A program made the position numbers and the translations under genes. A stretch of 64,000 nucleotides of DNA. It comes from Gammaproteobacteria bacterium. Lineage in GTDB: Bacteria > Pseudomonadota > Gammaproteobacteria > Eutrophobiales > Eutrophobiaceae. Every line of letters begins with the position of its first letter. Position 1 is the first letter of the stretch. The notes below the pieces were generated by a model that was given only the letters and a program-made list of their open reading frames with translations, made no database searches and was not told the origin of the DNA. Shown here one piece after another: positions 58,252-64,000 of this stretch. Where the stretch lies: assembly GCA_965221695.1 (NCBI GenBank), contig OZ244905.1, forward strand, positions 2,560,001 to 2,624,000, read 5' to 3'.

Positions 58252-59112
58252 TCAGAGTTTTTCACGCAGCTCCTCAATAACTCCTCTCAGATAATGTTTT
58301 GCCAGATGTTGTTTCATCTCAGCGCTCATGTGCGTGTCGCCGGCAATATCCACATCATCGGCCAGAACGGCGATGGCCTGTTCTATGCGTTCGTTCGTCA
58401 GTGGCGTGTTCACCAGGCGTTGCGCGACACCGGCGGCCAGCATGGGAGTGTTGGAGACGGCAAAAAACACCGGGCTGAACGAACTGAACTGACCGTCTTC
58501 AAGCTCCGCATTAACAGCCAGCCCGGTAGAGGCAAAGTCGCCCTTGCGCCGCACAAACTCGCGGAAGGCGCAGACTGTCGTTTCTCTGGCGATAGGAAAA
58601 GCTATCGAGCTTAGCAATTCGTTTTCCCGCAGGTCTGTTTCATACAGGTCTCTGAAGTAATCACGAGCGCGAGTGTCTCTGGTTCCTTGCCTGTTCTGAA
58701 TAGTGATCATCGCATCCAGGGCGACACAACAGGCAGGCAGCTCCGAGGCCGGATCAGCCAGCGACACATTGCCGCCTAGAGTCCCCCGGTTGCGAATGGC
58801 GGCATGGGCCACATGCGTGATAGCTTTTGCCAACAGGGGAGTGTGTCTTGAAACCAGTTCCGACCGTTCGAGTTCCGCGTGCCGCGTTAGCGCGCCTACT
58901 CGCAACATGCCGTCCGTTAATGTAATCCCCTTCAGTTCATCCAGATCGTTGATGTCTATGAGCAGGTCGGGCGTTGACAGGCGCATATTAAGAGTGGGAT
59001 TCAGGCTCTGTCCTCCTGCAAGGATTTTGGCGGAACCTGCCTGATGTTCAAGCAACTCAAGGGCCTGGTCTACGGACTGCGCCCGGACATAGTTGAATTT
59101 AGCCGGTTTCAA
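58252..59112 (-). CDS. FAD-binding medium subunit (CoxM/CutM-like)
   Basis: MKPAKF.Y, AGGQSL, IRNRGTLGG, ADPASE. Confidence 0.92.
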   Translation of the reverse strand: MKPAKFNYVRAQSVDQALELLEHQAGSAKILAGGQSLNPTLNMRLSTPDLLIDINDLDELKGITLTDGMLRVGALTRHAELERSELVSRHTPLLAKAITHVAHAAIRNRGTLGGNVSLADPASELPACCVALDAMITIQNRQGTRDTRARDYFRDLYETDLRENELLSSIAFPIARETTVCAFREFVRRKGDFASTGLAVNAELEDGQFSSFSPVFFAVSNTPMLAAGVAQRLVNTPLTNERIEQAIAVLADDVDIAGDTHMSAEMKQHLAKHYLRGVIEELREKL

Positions 59113-59171
59113 TGTGTGTATTTACCTTTCCATGTTGGCATCGTGAGGGGATATTCTTGTAAACGAATAGG

Positions 59172-59642
59172 TTAAACTCTTCCGTTGTTGTCCGCAGTTC
59201 CTTCAATTGCTTCGCATATGTTTCCAGCCAGCTTATCCCAGATGGCATCGGCTTTTTTCATCATCATGCCAGCTCCGTATTTGCCCAAGCGACCGGTGAT
59301 GGATGATTCCGAACTGCAATATACCTCGGTAGAGCCATCTTCATTAGGGGTCAGGCGGACGATATTGTGCGCCGTCAATATGCTGGCGCGGGTTCCTTCC
59401 TCGCCGCTGGTTCTGGAAATGATTTCCAGCGGCGGTGTCTCCTCAATGATCTCCAGGTTCAGGTTGAATTTTGCCGAGATAGGGCCAACTTTGACAACCA
59501 CATGGGCTTTGTAACGCGTCGCATCGACGGCTGTGATTGTCTTGCAGCCTGGTATGCATTGCGCCATTTTTTCCGGGTCTTTGGCAAAATCCCAGACTGC
59601 TTGCGGGGCTGCCCGAACGGTGAAAGTCTTTTCAACTTTCAT
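59172..59642 (-). CDS. CoxG/SRPBCC family protein
   Basis: VWDF..DPE.MA.CIPG, VKVGPI, GRLGKYG. Confidence 0.85.
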   Translation of the reverse strand: MKVEKTFTVRAAPQAVWDFAKDPEKMAQCIPGCKTITAVDATRYKAHVVVKVGPISAKFNLNLEIIEETPPLEIISRTSGEEGTRASILTAHNIVRLTPNEDGSTEVYCSSESSITGRLGKYGAGMMMKKADAIWDKLAGNICEAIEGTADNNGRV

Positions 59643-59696
59643 GAACGCGATTCTATACGCAGGTGACGCAGAGTTAACCGCGAATGGTATCTGACA

Positions 59697-59752
59697 CGGG
59701 CGAGACGCCCGCACCCCCATAAACGATTCCTCTGGAAACGGGAATCCAGTTG
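59697..59752. repeat. Adjacent REP family B arm and degenerate family A arm
   Basis: CGGGCGAGACGCCCGCACCCCC followed by ATTCC...GGGAATCCAGT. Confidence 0.6.
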
Positions 59753-59765
59753 ATTACGGGTCGCT

Positions 59766-62120
59766 TTAACCTGTGTCATCTGTGGATTGCAGCGCCCTGA
59801 GCGCTCGCTCCGGCGTGACTGGAATTTCGTTGATGCGCGCGCCGGTCGCGTGTTTTATCGCATTGGTGACAGCGGGCGCCGGCCCGACCGCGCAAATTTC
59901 ACCGACTCCCTTGGCGCCGAACGGCGCCGTGTCTTCGGGCGTCTCAATGATCAGGGGATGAATCTTGAGCGGGACATCCGCCATGCCGGGTATTTTGTAA
60001 TCCATCATGCTCGGGTTGAGCATACGGCCGTTGTCCCACAACATTTCCTCTGTCAGGGCATAGCCCAGCATTTGCGCGATGCCGCCCTCTATCTGACCCT
60101 CAACCGAGGCGGTGTTGATGGCGCGGCCTACATCATGGGCTGACCAGAACTCCAGAACTTCCACCTGTCCGGTTACTTCGTCGACCTCCACTTCGGCAAC
60201 CTGCGCGGCGAAGGTAAAGATACCGATGGCGTCAGGCATTAGCGCAAACCCGCCCAGCGTCATGCGCTTGGGATCCATGCGTTCTTGCGGTGTGTACAGC
60301 CAGTTGTGAGATCCCATGATCGGGCCGCCCGTTTCCCACATCGCCCTGCCGGCCACTGCCGCAAACGGCAAGACTGCGTCCGGCGACCCTTTCACGCCGA
60401 CCATCCCGCCCTGCCTGAGTTCCAGGTCGGCGCTATCGCACTCGAATATCTCACTGGCATGACGGTATACCTGTTCCCTGACCTCGTCGCTGGCCTGTTT
60501 CACTGCAACGCCGATCACGTAGGTGTTGCGACTCGCCGCGGTCTGGAACTGGAAGGGCGATGAATCCGTATCCGGCGCGGCAAAATTGACCTGATCCATG
60601 TTCAATGCCAGCGACCCGGCCACGATCTGGGTCAGGATCGTATCCGATCCTTGGCCGATATCCACGGCGCCGCAGTTCAGCGAGACGCTGCCGTCTTCAT
60701 TCAGCAACACGTTCGCGCCGGCGCCGGCCAGGCCGGAGATATGGCTCACGGCAGCCACGCCGATACCGCGCCGTTTACCGGGCCGAGCCGGCAGGCTACC
60801 ATTTCGTTTTGCGTCCCAGCCCGATGCGCCCCTGACCTTCTCCAGGCAAGCGCGTATCGTGGCGTTTTCAATGGTTTTGCCACAGAAAAACTTGTCATCC
60901 TGTTCCAGGGCATTTTTTATGCGCATACCGATCGGGTCCATATTCAGTTTTTCCGCCAGCTCATCGATCTGCGATTCGCTGGCGAAGCTGGCCTGGGGAT
61001 TGCCGAAGCCCCGGAAGGCGCTGGCCCGTGACAGATTGGTGTAAACCGCCCAGGCTTCCGCCCGCATATTGGGGATGCGGTATGGGCCGCGGCTGAAGAA
61101 TGCCGCTACCGGCGAGACTTCCGGGCTCTCATCGGCATACGCGCCGCCGTCGAGAACGATCCGGCAGTCGCGCGCGATCAGAATGCCGTCTTTTGTGGCG
61201 CCGGTCTTCATGTAGATGACGCCGCCGTGGCGCCGCTTCATCATGGTCATGTCGTCTTCGCGCGAGTAGGTGAGCTTGACCGGCCGCCCCGTTGCCTGGG
61301 CCAGCAACGCGGTGATGGGTTGGTTGGTAAACTCGCACTTGCCGCCGAATCCGCCGCCGATACGCGGCGCAATCATGCGGATTTTCGACATGGGCAGGCC
61401 CGTGGCCATGGCGGTGTACATCTGAGAGCGGGCCACCCCCTGGGTCGAGGACCATAAGGTGATTTTACCGCTGCTGTCCATTTCCGCCACGGTGGAACTA
61501 GGTTCCATGTAGGCATGATACTGGGCCGGCAGGCGGTACTCGCCTTCCACGACCACATCACATTCGTCCCAAGCCGCGTTCGGATCGCCTTCCATGAATT
61601 CGGTATAACAGATGGCGTTCGGTTCCTTGGGCAACTCGTACATGCAGGGGTATTCATCACGTTTTTCGTGAACGACCGGCGCGTCCGGTTCCAAGGCCTT
61701 TATAACATCAAACACCGGTTCCAGTTCTTCGTATTCAACCTCGATCAGGCGCAGGGCCCGCCTGGCGGTGTTCAGATCGACCGCGGCCACCGCGGCCACC
61801 GGATCGCCCACATAGCGAACCGTGTCCGTGGCCAGGGGCAACTGGTCCTTGATGAACATACCGATGTAGTTCAATGGCAGGTCGGCGCCGGTGAGGACGG
61901 CTTTCACGCCTGCCAACGCTTTTGCCTGGGAAGTATCGATGGACAGGATCCGGGCATGGGCGTAATGGCTACCCAACAGCGCCGCGTGCAACATGCCGGG
62001 GCGGCTAATATCGTCGGTATATATCGCCCGTCCGGTTGCCTTGTCCGGGCCTTCTATACGCGGGACGGAGGCCCCGATAATCTCGTTGATGTGCAGGTCA
62101 TCAGCCAGGTTTGCGCTCAT
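59766..62120 (-). CDS. Second xanthine dehydrogenase-family Mo-binding subunit
   Basis: KATG.A.YTDD, GGGFGGK, AFRGFG, GQG, GAKGVGE. Confidence 0.92.
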   Translation of the reverse strand: MSANLADDLHINEIIGASVPRIEGPDKATGRAIYTDDISRPGMLHAALLGSHYAHARILSIDTSQAKALAGVKAVLTGADLPLNYIGMFIKDQLPLATDTVRYVGDPVAAVAAVDLNTARRALRLIEVEYEELEPVFDVIKALEPDAPVVHEKRDEYPCMYELPKEPNAICYTEFMEGDPNAAWDECDVVVEGEYRLPAQYHAYMEPSSTVAEMDSSGKITLWSSTQGVARSQMYTAMATGLPMSKIRMIAPRIGGGFGGKCEFTNQPITALLAQATGRPVKLTYSREDDMTMMKRRHGGVIYMKTGATKDGILIARDCRIVLDGGAYADESPEVSPVAAFFSRGPYRIPNMRAEAWAVYTNLSRASAFRGFGNPQASFASESQIDELAEKLNMDPIGMRIKNALEQDDKFFCGKTIENATIRACLEKVRGASGWDAKRNGSLPARPGKRRGIGVAAVSHISGLAGAGANVLLNEDGSVSLNCGAVDIGQGSDTILTQIVAGSLALNMDQVNFAAPDTDSSPFQFQTAASRNTYVIGVAVKQASDEVREQVYRHASEIFECDSADLELRQGGMVGVKGSPDAVLPFAAVAGRAMWETGGPIMGSHNWLYTPQERMDPKRMTLGGFALMPDAIGIFTFAAQVAEVEVDEVTGQVEVLEFWSAHDVGRAINTASVEGQIEGGIAQMLGYALTEEMLWDNGRMLNPSMMDYKIPGMADVPLKIHPLIIETPEDTAPFGAKGVGEICAVGPAPAVTNAIKHATGARINEIPVTPERALRALQSTDDTG

Positions 62121-62243
62121 GTCAGTTCTCTTCTGTTAGCTGGGGGCAGTCCGAATATGTTATGGACAGCAACCACCTATCCGACGGCAACATGCGAAAC
62201 GGAGTAAGGTCAAGTCTCTCTCCCCTTCATGAAATCAGTCTGG

Positions 62244-62717
62244 TTACGCCTCGGCGCCAACCAGGGATGAAACAGCGTCAGCGATTTTCACATAACCGGT
62301 ACAGCGGCACAGGTTACCGCTCAATTCGCTGCGTATCTCCTCAAGAGTCGGATTGGGATTCCGGTCCAGCAAGGCTTTTGCGGAGATGATCATGCCGGGG
62401 GTGCAGAAGCCGCACTGCAGGCCATGGCGCTCGATGAACGCGCGTTGCACGGGATGCAGGTCTCCGTCGCTTCCCAGCCCTTCGATGGTGGTGATCTCTC
62501 GTTCCGTCGCCGCCACCGCCAGCATCAGACAGGCGCGCATGGGCTCGTCGTCCACCAGCACCGTGCAACTGCCGCATACTCCGTTGTTGCAGCCGCATTT
62601 GGTTCCGGTCAGGGACAGATCTTCGCGCAAGATCTGGAGCAAGGTCCGGCGCGTATCAGTTGTTACATCATGCAGGTCGCCGTTAATGGATAAGCTTATG
62701 GATTGTTTATCAGTCAT
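62244..62717 (-). CDS. [2Fe-2S] subunit
   Basis: GTKCGC..GVCGSC, QCGFCTPG, GNLCRCTGY. Confidence 0.92.
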   Translation of the reverse strand: MTDKQSISLSINGDLHDVTTDTRRTLLQILREDLSLTGTKCGCNNGVCGSCTVLVDDEPMRACLMLAVAATEREITTIEGLGSDGDLHPVQRAFIERHGLQCGFCTPGMIISAKALLDRNPNPTLEEIRSELSGNLCRCTGYVKIADAVSSLVGAEA

Positions 62718-62822
62718 GGTTGCTTCCTGTTAACCGCAGATCGTGTGATGTTTCCGTCTCATGGAAATTCAAAAATACTTTTGCGCCCATTATATAGACC
62801 AAGTTCCAAACAAGTCCATTCC

Positions 62823-64000
62823 CTAACCCATCATTACTTCCCGGACCCTGTCCGGCGTGAATGGGATATGGCGTAAGCGTTTCCCGGTCAATGCGGCAAA
62901 TGCGTTGGCCACGGCCGCGGGCGCCAGGATCGAACCGGTCTCGCCGACGCCGGTGGGTTCGCCGTCACCGCTCAGAAGTTCTACCCGTACCGGTGGCGCA
63001 TCGGCGATACGCGGCACCGCATAATCGTTGAAGTTTCGTTGTTGAATCAAGCCGTTCTTAATCGTAATCCGTTCCGACAGGCAGTAGCCCAGTCCGTGGA
63101 TAATGCCGCCTTCCAGTTGCGCTTTGACGTTGTCCGGCTGGATGGCAAGGCCGACATCGGCAGCGACCCACATGTTGTGCGCGATGATCGTTTCCCGTTG
63201 CCGGTCGTAAGAAATTTCAGCGATGGCCGCGGCCACGGTATCCACGTAGTGAGTATAAGCGATTCCCAGCGCTCGCCCAGCGCCTGTGCGTTGCCAGTCG
63301 GCCATCCCGGCAACAGTTTCAATGATGCGCTTGCCCCTTGTTGAGTGACGCAACAGCCTTAACCGGAATGCAACCGGGTCGGAATCGAGGCGTTCGGCCA
63401 GTTCGTCCATAAACGATTCGATAGCAAAGTTATTGGGAGTGGCCCCAACACCGCGCACGGGATAGAGGCGGACGCCGGTATCAATCCCGATATGTTCAAC
63501 CAGCCGGTTCGGCAGGTCGTAGGCATTGGCTGTCCCTTGCTCTGCGCTACGGTGGGATGATCCAAGCATGGAAGTCACCGGCGCCTTGCCGAATGCCTCG
63601 TAACTGGGCCGGTCCAGCAGCTTGATGGATTCGTCACTGGCCACCCGGTGCTGCCAGGCCGAAATATTGCCTTGGTTGTCTATGCCGGCGCGCAGGTAGT
63701 GAGCTGTTATCGGCTTAAGATGCGCGCTGCGCAGGTCGTCTTCGCGGGTCCACACCACTTTTACCGGCCGTCGCAATGTCTGCGACAGCCAGGCGGCGTC
63801 CACCACGAAATCCATGGACGGCACGGTGCGTCGCCCAAAGCCGCCGCCCAGCAGGGAGCGGTTCAACTTCACGCCGTCAGGCGAAATATCCAGCGTCCTA
63901 GCCACCGCGTCAACCGTGTTCGCCGGCGCCTGGGTTCCGGCCCATATTTCGGCTTTTTTTCCATCGTTGCTGACCGAGACCACGGCATTCAACGGCTCCA
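62823..64000 (-). CDS. IorB-type (isoquinoline 1-oxidoreductase beta-like) Mo-binding subunit, 5' end outside the window
   Basis: LGGGFGRR, VWTREDD, FAIESFMDELA, PTGVGE; frame open to the window edge. Confidence 0.85.
   Translation of the reverse strand, partial: EPLNAVVSVSNDGKKAEIWAGTQAPANTVDAVARTLDISPDGVKLNRSLLGGGFGRRTVPSMDFVVDAAWLSQTLRRPVKVVWTREDDLRSAHLKPITAHYLRAGIDNQGNISAWQHRVASDESIKLLDRPSYEAFGKAPVTSMLGSSHRSAEQGTANAYDLPNRLVEHIGIDTGVRLYPVRGVGATPNNFAIESFMDELAERLDSDPVAFRLRLLRHSTRGKRIIETVAGMADWQRTGAGRALGIAYTHYVDTVAAAIAEISYDRQRETIIAHNMWVAADVGLAIQPDNVKAQLEGGIIHGLGYCLSERITIKNGLIQQRNFNDYAVPRIADAPPVRVELLSGDGEPTGVGETGSILAPAAVANAFAALTGKRLRHIPFTPDRVREVMMG

Noticed and set aside
55391-59642. Aerobic CO dehydrogenase (coxGMSL)
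   Set aside because: The large subunit has QYRGVG, not form I AYxCSFR or form II AYRGAGR.

Overview
Bacterial DNA, probably gammaproteobacterial. A GC-rich backbone is interrupted by several more AT-rich accessory blocks (GC judged by eye). From left to right: (1) addAB-type helicase/nuclease genes and an M48 protease; (2) a 13-kb catabolic island combining hydroxycinnamate genes (esterase, TonB receptor, CoA ligase, hydratase-lyase, aldehyde dehydrogenase, aromatic acid MFS) with tartrate genes (dehydrogenase, transporter, LysR); (3) an uncharacterised envelope operon (4 lipoproteins, TPR protein, PEGA+FGE-fold protein, MotA/ExbB-type channel, degenerate Hsp70/actin-fold+FHA protein, two ExbD-like-TM/vWA proteins), split by a 4.3-kb defence-like insert (AAA ATPase, orphan HTH antitoxin, HEPN, GIY-YIG-like + YaaA-like pair); (4) an amidohydrolase, then a 4.4-kb segment between two inverted copies of a 151-bp five-hairpin MITE, carrying TauE, an Xre-RES toxin-antitoxin pair, a UGA-interrupted (probably selenocysteine) redoxin and a GST; (5) N-heterocycle catabolism genes (LLM monooxygenase, RidA, nicX, formamidase-like hydrolase, three molybdenum hydroxylase large subunits with partners), interrupted by a second defence-like block (T5orf172 GIY-YIG, TIGR04255 three-gene cassette, AAA-DUF4143). 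At least three small repeat families recur in intergenic regions. No rRNA, tRNA, CRISPR array or intact transposase was seen. All family calls come from motif recognition, not database searches.
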